From positions 186,001-250,000 of the forward strand of contig NW_021825323.1 in the NCBI RefSeq assembly GCF_006345805.1: a stretch of 64,000 nt of DNA, in the 5' to 3' direction. Source of the DNA: Octopus sinensis (Eukaryota). Of the stretch, positions 40,841 to 52,325 are shown piece by piece. Both the position numbers and the translations under genes were made by a program. Under the pieces are notes generated by a model that was not told the origin of the DNA, did no database searches, and saw nothing but the letters and a program-made list of their open reading frames with translations. The first letter of the stretch is position 1; each line of letters opens with the position of its first letter.

Positions 40841-42585
40841 TTAATAATAGTTTTTAATTATTAAAAAGGCCGTGTGGGAGTCAAGTAGAGAGAGGCGTTC
40901 AGTAAAACGGGACATTTCGACACTCTTAGCTCTGAGGTGGTTTTGCACTTCGGACTCTCCGAAAGGACACCCAAGAAAATAAACATCGTTGAGGCGTGTT
41001 TGTTTTGTGTCTGGCAAGATTTCTGAAATCTTTTCCATTACTAAGCCAAAGTCTTGAATTGAGACTGAGATATTTATGATCTCAGTTTTTTTGGTGTTGA
41101 TTATCAGCCCCATTTTTGCCAGGGCAGGAACAATTTTATATAACTCATCCAAGACGACATCAACAGGGCCACCAATAGTGGCATCGTCAAGGTACCAAAG
41201 GTTGAGAGGTGTCTTTACATTACGAGCCACCTCGTCGATTGACAGAGCGAATAGTAAGGGCCCAAGAGGGTCACCTTGTTGGACTCCAGTCCGTGAACGG
41301 ACAATGTGTTTGTCAAAGACAAGCGAACTTTCGGACCCGTAAGCAAGGTGAGCCAGACTCATGATCTCTGGGGTACGCTGCGAGCACGATTCCAGCATAC
41401 AGTCCCTTCTCAGACTGTTGAACGCGTTTGAGATATCCAGCTTCACCGCAAAGGAATTTGGGGAATGTCTTGTGTCAGGTGAAAAAAAAGCTCTTGTCGC
41501 GTGGACAGCAGCTTCACATCCGTTGGAAACACCAACTCCCAGTTGGACTGGAGATAATTCAGCGGCAACACGGGGACAGACTCTTCGGGCTGCAATTTTG
41601 CATGCGAGCCTCCGGAAGACATTACCGACTGCAATGGGGCGGACTCCTCCATCGTTCTTTCGGAAAGCAATAAGGTGTGAACAGAAAAGTAGATCCCTTG
41701 CAAAGCCTGAAATCTCAGCATTGACAATCCGTTCGACAAGCTTGGTAATACACTTGATCAGGCGGATTCCAGTCTCCATAGTCAATCGGGAAATCATGTC
41801 CTTTATATGACTCGGCCGGAGACCATCAAATCCCCCACTGCTACTCGGTCTGAAAGATTTAATCCCTTCCAAAATTTCATCATCAGAAATTGACAGTATA
41901 ATTGCATTGTCTCGTGTGGGAAACTCCCGTAAGTCATCTGGGGGCATCGGATGTTTGTTTTTGAGGTGTTCCAAAGTCTCGGCAGTAGATTCAGCAAGTG
42001 AATCAGCGGACGAAAGGACCCGAACTGCCGCACGGATGTCGCCATCCATGAGTTTACGACTAACTTGGGTTTTGAACCACTGGGGGGATTTTTCCGTGAT
42101 GCACGTTTGGAAATTGGTCGCTTCACAATCGAAATCAATCCATGAGACATCCAATCTCGCAGAGTTCGACTTAATGGCAGCCGAGAGACTCTTCTTTTGT
42201 ACTGAACCATCAATTGCTTGTCCAAACACACAAGGTGCAAAAGAGAGGAGACGGATCCAAGAATGGTCCCCCCCGGAGCTTAGCGCATCAGTGATAAGAT
42301 CGCACAAGCAGTTTGCCGCTGAGATCCGAGCCTGTTTAGGGATACGTAATGGTATCTTCTTAGATTTCCGTAAGTTGGAAATTTTGAGAATATAGTGTTC
42401 TGATTTGGGTTCATGAAGTGAAGGAGACTGATGCTGCGAAGCCGCGGTTCCGAGTAAAGCCATACAACAGTGGCAGCTCCAGCGCCGGAGTAATTTCACT
42501 GCGGCTTTGGTAAGGTGCGCGCAGCTAATATGCCAGAATTTATTACACATTGAACAGTAAACGCCACATTTCCTGGTGTTGATCT
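40841..42585 (-). mobile_element. CRE-clade non-LTR retrotransposon fragment: PHD finger + RT, truncated at both ends
   Basis: Uninterrupted 569-aa ORF with CSMC..WHISC...WSCHCC, RPIAVGNVFRRL, QLGVG..GCEAAVHA, DISNAFNS, GVQQGDPLGPLLF, WYLDD. Confidence 0.9.
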
Positions 42586-43772
42586 TATTACTTTCTTAAT
42601 AATATCCCCCTCCTCATTTTCTAAGTCCAATGTGTTTCCGTCCTGTTTTATCACTCTGTATGCAGATGTATCTATCTGGTCATACAGAGGATATTTTCTT
42701 GTGTTTTCATTTACATCCTGATCCATCCGTAAAAGTGCGTGATCTCCAACTGATATTTCCTCTTCATCAAATCTCCATCTTCTCCTTTTTTTCATTTTTT
42801 CACCCGCACTTTGCAAATTGTTCAGTACGTCTTCTTGCGTTCTATTCACTTCTTCGCTTTCTTGATACACAAAATCTACCTCTTCGTATTCATTTTCTCC
42901 TTATCGTAAAATAATTTCATAATTACCAGTAAAAGCAAATAAAGACTGCATAATCTGATCACCTAGTTTTTTTTCATATCCCACTCCCATAAAAATATTA
43001 AACGGAATATGCTTCGTGTGTCATGTTTAGAATTATTGTAATCGTAGACAATTCTTTTAATAATTGTATGATATTCTCCAAAAATTCCATTTGAAGCGCT
43101 TGTAGAAGAGATCCATCGTTTTATAGATTGGTTAAATCTTAAAATTAACAAAATAAATATACCGTTCTACCTGACCTTGTATCCATGGGGCACGTGGTCT
43201 TCCACATATGTGCTTAGTTCCAAACCTTGTACACATTTCCTCCATCATATTGTTTTTGAACTCCTTTCCATTATCTGTTTGCAAGATTAATGGAGCTCCA
43301 ATCATCATAAAAATGTTTTCAATAATAGGCACTATTTCTGTGCCGCATTTGGTTTTCGCAAGTTCTACAACCCCATATTTTGAAAAAGAGTCAATTGAAA
43401 CGAGAATCTGGATAAATCGTAATAAATACCTTTTACTCTTTGACTTTTTTATTCTTTTGGTATATGTAGGCTATATTTTCCTCAATAAGTATTCGGTTAG
43501 CAATCCTACGTAATCTAAACGTTCTCTTCTACTGATTCCGTCATCAAATGATCCAAATTGTTTAAAAGTTTTTATTTTCAATAAATCCTCTTGTGATAGT
43601 GTAATTAGAAACATTTGATAACGTGCAAAATTTAAAAATAAAATACAATAATATATAATATTAATTAAGAAATTGTGATTTTTGAATGATTTTATTATAT
43701 AGAAAATATAAAAATATCCAAAATCTGAACAAGTGACTCACATCCGGCGTGACTCACGTCTGGACTGTGACA
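42586..43772 (-). mobile_element. Ginger-like integrase element, right part with 45-bp TIR
   Basis: IDSFSKYG, LQTDNGKEF, GRPRAPWIQGQVER|FNQSIKR (25-nt intron 43138-43162); TIR 43728-43772 reads TGTCACAGTCCAGACGTG on the minus strand. Confidence 0.85.
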
Positions 43773-44109
43773 GAAAATCTTAGGGAGTATGCTTGTCTAC
43801 CGTATAAAAGAGTCATCCCATGTGTGCACATCTCATAAATCTCCAATAAAATTAATGAAATTTGTCAAAATTCCGTAAATATTGAAACCTTCACAACCTC
43901 GAAAACTTCAGCCACGGTCACTGATGACCTGAGAGAGCTAATGCAAAGAGGCTAGTTATAATGTCGGCCACAGTCGTGAACAACAATCAAGAGCTAATTG
44001 AATCTTATCAATATACAGAAGAAAACGTTATTTAGCAAAATGTAATGAAAAATATCTATTTTAACGGTTATTTATTTTTATTATTTTATAAAGAAATTAA
44101 TTAATAATA

Positions 44110-45051
44110 ATGTTGTTGACAATAATTAGACAGTATAGTAGAGTTATTCCACCCTTAATCTCTCCATTATGGCTGCATAAAAATAGAATTATTGAAAATA
44201 ATATTGTCATTTTGGAAGCTAAACTCTCTTCGATGCAACCAGTTTTCATTTAAATAAGCAATTAAACAGGATTTCTTAACTCCCACTATTGATGGGTCGC
44301 TTTCTTTTGACATTGACGAATGTTGTGATACAACTTCTTCTTATCCTCATATGCTTCCTCCTTGTTCTCAATTCGAAGAATATGTCTCTAACCTCGGAAT
44401 AACAAATAGCTCACATGTTGTTGTTTACGACAATTGGCCACAAATTGGCATCTTTTCCTCACCCCGCCTTTGGTGGATGTTTCATGTATTTGGTCACAAG
44501 AACGTGTCAGTTCTCGATGGAGGGCTTCCCGGCTGGCAATCTGAAGGTTACGATGTTACTTATCGTCAAAATTCTCTAAATGTAAATTCGAATTTTCGAG
44601 CAAATTTCAATTCCGATTTGGTCAAGAATTTCAAACAAATTCAATGCAACGTCAAGTCTGGTTTAGCCACATTAGTAGACGCTCGTTCCGCTGACAGATT
44701 TAACGGACTTTCTCCTGAGCCACGCGCTGGTTCTTCTATTTTTAGTATTAATAGGAGTACCTATAGGGAGAATACCTAATTCACTAAATGTCCCGTTTTT
44801 CGATTTGCTTAATCCTTCCACTAAATATTTTGTCAGTAATTCTGAAATTCTGGCAATATTTTGGAAAGCTGGGGTTGATTTGTCAGCTCCGGTTTGGTCT
44901 ACGTGTGGTTCTGGTTGTCTATATGTGCAGTAGTTTTACAGGTGTGACTGCCTCGATTCTGTCCTTCGCATCTTACATTTGTGGGTTTGATATCTTGCCA
45001 GTATATGACGGCTCATGGACAGAGTGGAGTAATAACCTGGATAATTCTTAG
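44110..45051 (+). CDS. MPST: 3-mercaptopyruvate sulfurtransferase (rhodanese family), intact copy
   Basis: FDIDECCD, HMLP, SPRLWWMFHVFGH, LVDARSADRF, active-site loop CGSGVTA (restored by a 28-nt intron), YDGSWTEW; three micro-introns. Confidence 0.93.
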
Positions 45052-45601
45052 CAATAATGACATTTTTATATAGTTACCCACTAATTTTGTTAGAATGAGT
45101 TTTACTAATTTTTTCATTTTCGAATTGAATTTTAGACAGGCTTTTTCCTGGAAAAAGCTGTATGAACTTTGTCAATTGATTAAGATCTTTAACATGATTA
45201 TTTTCTTAATGGACCTTTAACAAACATAAAAACTTCAACTTTTTAAACTGAACTTATTTATTTTATTTAATATGGAATAAATCGAGGCTCGAATTACTTT
45301 GCAACAAGCAACTATGTAGGCGAAAGTTAAAAAAACTAAACAAATATTATCTGATGTTTATTAAAGATCTTATGCTTTGAGTGCAGTTCTTTAAATCTGT
45401 TTAAACACATATCCTATACAATTTAATAAGAAAGACCTTTGGGAGTAGTAAGATAGAACTAAAACTTTAAATTCAATGATATCTATGTCTCTGAAAAAGT
45501 TATTTCGGCAATGATATCTATGTCTCTAAAAAAAGTTATTTTGGTCAATCGGTAATGTGGATCAAAAGATTAAAAAAAGCTCTAGTACCTAACATAATAT
45601 A

Positions 45602-45932
45602 CAGTCTGTTCAAAAAAAACGTGACCACTTGAAAATGTGTGTGTTTTTTAATTTTTATTGATTATTATATAAAATTTCCAAGGAATACCGAATTTAAAAC
45701 CTTTCAAGTAATTATAAAAAAAGTGTAACAAAAATAAGTAATCACGTTTTTGTTGAACAAAGATTTTTTTTAATACTTGGTTAGTATGGGAATATAGCCG
45801 ATCATGAAATAATAAATAATGAATCATGTAGATTAAACGATTTTAAATTTAGTATTCTTTGAAAATTTTTAAAAATAAGATACAAAAATTAAGACATATT
45901 TTTCAAGTGGTCACGTTTTTTTGAACAGACTG
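45602..45932. mobile_element. Tc1-derived MITE, 331 bp
   Basis: ~33-bp TIRs CAGTCTGTTCAAAAAAA(A)CGTGACCACTTGAAAA with TA duplication; second copy at 59071-59399. Confidence 0.92.
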
Positions 45933-46214
45933 TATGTGAGTTTTTTATTAGTAAAAAAATAGGAATCAATCTGATTTACAGGGAAGCTCATTGTCAAATA
46001 CCGAAGAATATATAGAAGAATGACTAATGTTACAATAAATATTTTGTTTATGTCAATAAAAAGACATATGAACGATACTTAGAAAACAATAACGTCAATT
46101 TGAAATAGTGCAAATCGTTGTGTTCATTTTCGTACGTTAGTTAGGTTAATGAAGGGTGAAATTGTGATATTTTGTGTAAAAGTTGAATAAATAGAATATC
46201 TAAACTTTCAGTTA

Positions 46215-46683
46215 ATGAACAAACCATCAAGTAAGACATATTGTCAAATTCATGATAGAATCACTTATCCAATACAGAAATGATTTATTTTCGGCTTCTA
46301 TATCAGGAGATAAAACTCAATTAATACGATTACTAGACCAAGATTGCTATAATATTGACTTTCAAGACTATGAATGTTCAAACATGACAGTATTACATTG
46401 GGCCTCATTATATGGTTGACAGTTCATTTTATTTAATCTGGTAGATCGAGTAGATATAGTTGAAATACTTTTAAGTCAAAATGCAGACTGGAGAATTAAA
46501 AGTGAAACTGGATGGACCGCAGCTCATTTTGCTGCTTCCGTGGGGTCAATACGGATTCTTCGTCGACTTAAAAATTGTGGGGATTTTCTTTCTACATGCG
46601 ACCATTATGGTAAAACTCCTTTAGACATAGCAAAAATATACGGACAACGTGAAACCGTTGGTTTCCTTCAATCAACTACATAA
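46215..46683 (+). CDS. ANKRD66: Small ankyrin-repeat protein, ANKRD66-like
   Basis: Spliced product contains TVLHWASLY, GWTAAHFAASVG and GKTPLDIAKIYGQRETVGFL, matching my recollection of ANKRD66 GWTPAHFAAEAG and [20 protein letters not shown]. Confidence 0.75.
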
Positions 46684-47089
46684 AACGATACTTATCAACT
46701 AGCTGTAATTATTTTCATACTCATTTTTTATGTTAAAGTGATAATGCTAGATCTTTATTTTTTTAGAAAAATTGCTTTGTAGTTATTTATTATAAAATAT
46801 TCTTAAAAATCAATATAAACTCTTTTTCATTCTTTGAGCATATTAACAGTCTTACAACTAAACTATCAGGAAGATTAAATTTTGTAAAGGCCTTTCTTGA
46901 TTCATGCACGAGAATACAAAGTGAATACGAAGTTTACTGAATGGCTTATAAAGTCAACTCTTCTTGAAACGCTTGTGAGGACGACTGGATCCATGTTCCA
47001 TGTTAAATATGCTGGCAAAACCCCAGACCCTTGGATCCTCGACCAATCAAAAGATACGTCGGATCCCTGGCTAAACGCAAAAGAAGATA

Positions 47090-48978
47090 CAGTGAATACC
47101 CCCAAATTCGCCATTCTTAAATTCGCCAATTCTTAGATTCGCCTTTTTTTAAAAAAAAATTCTAGTTTCAATGGAAATTCGCCATAATTTTTTAAAATTT
47201 TTAAATAAAAAATACAAAAATATGGATAAATAATACATTTTTAAAAAGTTCTTGTTCAAGTTTGAAAAAAGACATGAATTCCGTCTGAGAAAATTGCACG
47301 GGCAGATAAAAATTATGTTCTTTCCTAAAAATGCAACAAGAATAATTCAACCAATGGACTTGGGAATTATCAAAACATTTAAAGTGCACTTTAATAGGCA
47401 CCAATTATTTTATCTCCCTAAAATTTTGGAAACTGACAAAGTTTCGGTTAATGAATCCTAGAAACATTTAAATCCTAAGGACACTGTTTTTTTATAAAAA
47501 TGGTTTGGGAAAACGTATGCTCAAAAACTATTGAAAATTACTTCAAAAAACTGAAAAATAGATTTTGATGAAAAATTTACAGATAAAAATTTAATTGATG
47601 AATTGATAATTAAAACAGATATTTATGATCCTATTCAAATTGAAAAATTCATTTCTATAAATTATTTAGAAGAAAATGCAATTAGCGAAGAAAGTAATTT
47701 CGATAATGAAGATCCTGAAGAACAATCTGCAGATAAAAAATTTTCCTTCAAATGAACAAACAATATTTCATCTCACTAGAAATGAGATTGGTGTAAAATT
47801 AAAAGAAATTGAGAAGTCACTAATCGAAATTGTCGAAAACGAAGATGTGCGTCTATACCATTTTTGCAGATGACATTTGAAGTTTGTACAGTGCGACCTC
47901 GAATTGGGGAAAACCAAGTAGCGGGGAAACCCTCTTTTTTGGGGAAAACCTTGCTTTTGGGGAAATATTTTTGCCATCCCTATAAAATACGATGATTTTT
48001 AATGAAATAAACCCCCTACCGGGGAAAAATTTTATATTATCATAAACGATTAATTAATATATTTGTATAATTTTTGATTTATTATTATTTATTTATTGTA
48101 ACCTGTTTTTCCAAATTTGTAATCAATAATTTTAAAATTTATTTAACCTGGTAACTTAGTTAGTTAGCTAATTAACCTGATAAAAATTGAAATTATCAAT
48201 TTTTAAAGTTATTTTATAAATTTTAGAAAGCCAATGCCTAGAAAACTAAATCAAAGTGAAAAGATCAGAATTTGCAAGGATATACAGTCGGGTCATAAGG
48301 ACAAAATGATTTGTGAAAGATTTAACATCTCTAAAGGAATGCTATACCGACTAAAAAAGAAAAGGGAAGGAATCTTAGCTCAAGGTTTCTCAACATCCGA
48401 AGGGACAATTGGATACGATTTGAATGCCCAAGTTTACGAGATTTTTCGTAATCTCAGGTCGAAAGGTTTCCCAATTAATGGGCCGATGAGTTCGATGCGA
48501 AAAAAACAAAACACTCGATTAAAATTAACTGATTTTTTTATTAAAAAATAAAAATTGTAGTTATCCGTCTCGGTTATATTATTAAGAGAGATATCGAACA
48601 GGCGAGACCTAAATTTAATGAAAAACTTTTTTTGGGGAAAACCTCAAATTGGGGAAAAATTTCCCCAATTCGAGGTCGCACTGTAATTGTTAAATTGACT
48701 TGAAAATGGTATAGTTACTTCAATTCGAAGATTTGAGGAAAAAATCAAAATACAAAGAGACAACAAACAGGACTGGAATATTACTTTGATAAAAAAGCAT
48801 AATTCTTTGTTAAAATAAAATTAATTTTTTCAATTACGTCAATTTTGGCTGTTTTCGAATTATTAAACATTTCTACTCACATTCAAAAATTATTGATTAT
48901 ATTCTGAAATTCGCCATTTCTCAAATTCGCCGCAAAAAATGACGGAACCAAAAATGGCGAATTTGGGAGTATTCACTG
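47090..48978 (+). mobile_element. Non-autonomous pogo/Tigger element (second copy 60553-61618)
   Basis: TIRs CAGTGAATAC(C/T)CCCAAATTCGCCAT with TA duplication; DDE remnant MFFPKNATRIIQPMDLGII. Confidence 0.9.
47889..48683 (+). mobile_element. 795-bp pogo-type element nested in the element above; absent from copy 2
   Basis: 24-bp perfect TIRs CAGTGCGACCTCGAATTGGGGAAA with TA TSD; ORF 48234-48551 fuses an N-terminal HTH to C-terminal KLTDFF. Confidence 0.97.
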
Positions 48979-49239
48979 TACGTAGATTGATTTTGAATGT
49001 CGGGATCACCTAATTAATTTTTTTCTGGCCTTAATGGTGTTTTTTGTTTAAATAAATATAAACTGTTACTGACGAAGGCTCAAATCGGCTAATTTTTAAT
49101 AAAAATTACTTTTTTTAAAGTTGCAGTGGATTTTTTTCTAACGAAAATTATTTTAAGTTTTTAAAAGATTTTCTTGGTTCATGCACAGGAATTCGTTAAA
49201 TAAAAATAACGAAAATTTGAATTTATTTTTATACATAAA

Positions 49240-49930
49240 ATCAGTTATTGAAAGTTTTTTACATTTCGTAATTTACCCATAATTGGTATGTTTGAAGGTG
49301 AATTTTGTAGAATAAATTTTTCCATAGTTTCGATTGCACAAATTGCGTCACAGAAACCAATTTTTTCTATATCTTCATCATTTTTATTCTCTTGATCCTT
49401 ATCTTCATAGGTTTCAATTGTTCCCAAAAATTCTTCATCATTGTTGTTGCAAATTTTCTGAGTACAATTTTCATTATCATCTGAAACCGGAGAGTCCTCC
49501 TTAATTGTAGGATCATCTGAAGTGTCTTGCTTTGTCCAATTGTTTAATTCTTTTTCAAAGCAAACCTTTCCCAATGCTCTTACTTCGGATTGTAGTGTCT
49601 ACGTCTTATGATGCGGTTTCGTCACAATTTAACTTTGAGGTCATAAGATGACATTTTCGATAAAACTTCTGCATGGCTTCACACAAAAATACAGGATTGA
49701 TTAATTGCTCATTTCCTGATATACTACGAGATTTTATTCCATATTTATTCTTAAAAGAAGTAATCCATGTACTTAAAGCTTTAAAATTCGAAAATGAAAT
49801 TTTTTTTGCAATTTTTATTGTCATTTATTGTAGCATTCCATTTGTAATGGTATCGCCGAATAATCCTTTATTCTAAATCCATTCATAAAGTGGCATATGA
49901 ATTAAGGAAAACTTTGAGGAAATTTTGTTA
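49240..49930 (-). mobile_element. Tigger-like transposase remnant (second copy ~61885-62590)
   Basis: FKALSTWITSFKNKYGIKSRSISG, NCDET and an acidic C-terminal segment; frameshifted. Confidence 0.75.
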
Positions 49931-50464
49931 GAATTCTTATTTTCAAAATAGAATTCATGGCTTAGGTTTTTGTTTATTGTTCCTATTGGCATGTTGATAC
50001 TTTACTCAATTGAGACTGTGTATTATTTAAAAATTTTTTATAGTTAAAAACTTCAAGATTTCTTTGAAAACTATATGTTTTCAAATATTTTTTGCGTTAT
50101 TCTTGCGTGCACACATGAGTCAAAATTCAAAAAATTGTTTCCATTAAATATTGATTTTCTTGGGATTTTTATGTAATCTATAGAAAAAATTTTCTTTAAT
50201 CCAAATTTAACGAAAATTATAACCAAAGAGAACATCTTCAGCAATACAGAACTCATCCTTGAATTCTGAGACTATACGCTTGACTTTCTTAAGCAACAAA
50301 CACTTGGGCTCTGCAATACTCAAAATATTATATACCGCGCTAAATTATTTTATTTATATTAATTTATTATCAATTTATGGGTAACATTAAAAAAATTTTA
50401 ATGCAATTTAAATCACCATTAAAAAATAAATAGCATTTAAAATACAAAATAGCATTTATAGTTG

Positions 50465-50565
50465 GAATCCGTATGTGATGAGATGGCCATGACGGCGTCA
50501 CTTGTCAAACCCAATCAAAGGTTCTGGCACAGGCAGCCGCATGGAGTCGAACCCGGGACCAAATA
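50465..50565. ncRNA. Candidate structured RNA or tRNA-derived relic (GC-rich hairpin plus minus-strand B-box)
   Basis: Long imperfect hairpin 50487-50544; GGTTCGACTCC on the minus strand at 50543-50553; identical copy near 63125-63220. Confidence 0.3.
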
Positions 50566-50574
50566 GGTTCTAAT

Positions 50575-52325
50575 ATGTTATCAGTTTTTGGAAATTTTTG
50601 TAATTGAACATATCTATTTATGTGTTCATAGGATGTCCTCTGCGTACATTCCTATTTAAAATCTATTTTACCAAGGAAGAGTCTGCTAAATCAGTTGTAT
50701 GAAAAATCCAAAATTATTCTTGGGTTGTATCGAAAGCGTAAGCATTGACGCTTCAAGCATTAACGTTTTCCAAAAATCGAAAAGAAAAAATGAAAATTTT
50801 GTGGAAAATGATTCGCATCTGTACAAACTGAAAATTTTTATTAAAAGTAAATTTATTATCTTATACTTAATTTTACTTGGAAACTATTTGTTTAAATAAA
50901 GGTTCGAATTTTTTGTTATTCGATGTCTTCTGTTCGTTTTGGTTGCTATTTATTAGAAAAAATTATTTCTAGTTCAAATTGTTTTAATTGACAGCTTTGC
51001 GCCAATAACAATGGAAGATATATTTGAAATCAAATTGTCATTAGAGAATGTTATAATATTACTGAGTCAAGTTGACTTACTTAGCCACACACCTTTTATT
51101 GGTTTAATCAGAGTCAGTAGACCGCCTGAGGAAATAATACTTTATCATTTATTAGGTGGTAGTTCCGATTCAAGATTTGAGCAACAAGCCCCAAATTATT
51201 ATGAAACAATTGGAAAATTTCTTTGAAAGTTTTTGGAAGCCTTCTGAGCGAGTAGAATCAGTGATTTCTGTCTTGTCTGAAAATTTTTCAGAGAGTGTTA
51301 ATTTGGTCAATAACTTTATGACGCGCTACTCTAAAGTTATATTCTTTGGAAATAATCCACAGCTTAACCTTATGGGGAGAATCCTCATAATAACAGCACA
51401 GCCGATTATAGCTGCATTAAAATCAATCGACCGGGCCATTTCAAATATAGATAAGTCTCGTTTGAGAGTAGTATACACTGTTCAATGAGATAGGATGTGC
51501 ACGTGGTCTATTTGCGAAATGATTATCACGAACAACAGTTTATTATAGAAAATATCGACATTTTGTCATCAATCCATGTCCTTGCAGGTATTTTTAATTT
51601 CAGAGAAAACAGAAAAAATGTCATTGAACTGTTTTTTTAAAAATTATTTTTTGAGTCCACGTCCACAACAAAAGACCAAAATAATATTCCCGCTAAATAA
51701 TGTTGTCATCAACTGTGAAATTCAAAAAACTTTGATTCTTAAAGAAAACCCGTTTTCTCCAGAGACCATAAAAACTCTTCACAGAGTTCCAAGGGATTCT
51801 GTCTGTGATTCATTACTATTTGGAACAGTAGCCACTTTTATTGCATTCTAGCCCGCCATTCTGCAGCCATCGACCGATTGGCATTTCAACATGGAAGAAA
51901 TATCGGAAAATCAACGAATCTTTTCGATTTTATGCCAAGAACTGATTTACAGAGTATAATGAATTGTGTGATTCAATTCAACAGAAAGAAGTGATAGTCT
52001 GCTGTTGCGATGCCTCCACTATTAAGCTATTCTTACTGATTCCCTGTGAAGATAGCGAGACAGATTGCGGGAAGGTTTCTTTACTTATTCGACAAGTGGC
52101 TACCGGAGACTTGATTTTACCATTTAAAATAAAGAATTTGCCTCCAAACAACGCGAATGACACATTTGTCATCGATTCGATCGAATCGGTCTATTATACT
52201 TTTAATAGTTTTAGTTAAAGAAAATGTCTGTTTTTGATCCTTTCTGCTTCGAGTCTGGTCTCGTAGATTTCGTAAATTCGTCCTCACATAAAATTCCAGC
52301 TAAACGACAAAGAATCATTCGATAA
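50575..52325 (+). CDS. M1AP: Meiosis 1 arrest protein orthologue; start approximate
   Basis: Spliced segments ILIITAQP, NCFFKNYF, NCEIQKTL, VCDSLLFGT|PAILQPSTDWHFNMEEISENQRIFSILCQEL and LLIRQVATGDLILP line up colinearly with recalled human M1AP (ITILTSQP, EIFFKAWL, KCDLQERL, LCESLTYGLPFILRPTSCWQLDWDELETNQQHFHALCHSL, LLVKAVATRELMLP). Confidence 0.8.

Larger units (their letters stand above)
43237..51343 (+). repeat. Segmental duplication, copy 1 (copy 2 at 56722-63997)
   Basis: Near-identical sequence over ~7.3 kb, differing by substitutions, small indels and a 795-bp insertion. Confidence 0.98.

Noticed and set aside
41076-42395. Plus-strand and alternate-frame ORFs overlapping the CRE RT (also those overlapping the LINEs at 15.7-18.8 kb)
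   Set aside because: These are shadow ORFs of GC-richer retroelement coding sequence with no independent motifs.
43910-43990. Hammerhead or HDV-like ribozyme around GGTCACTGATGACC
   Set aside because: CTGATGA is present, but no GAAA core or consistent helices could be built.
45474-45545. 35-bp tandem duplication (also a ~17-bp repeat near 2010/2059)
   Set aside because: These are ordinary local slippage duplications with no further structure.
50465-50565. tRNA gene or SECIS element
   Set aside because: The TTCGA loop lacks a pairing T-stem (CCGGG vs CCATG) and there is no cloverleaf or A-box. The ATGA...AAA hairpin lacks the 3' GA of the SECIS core and is not in a 3' UTR.
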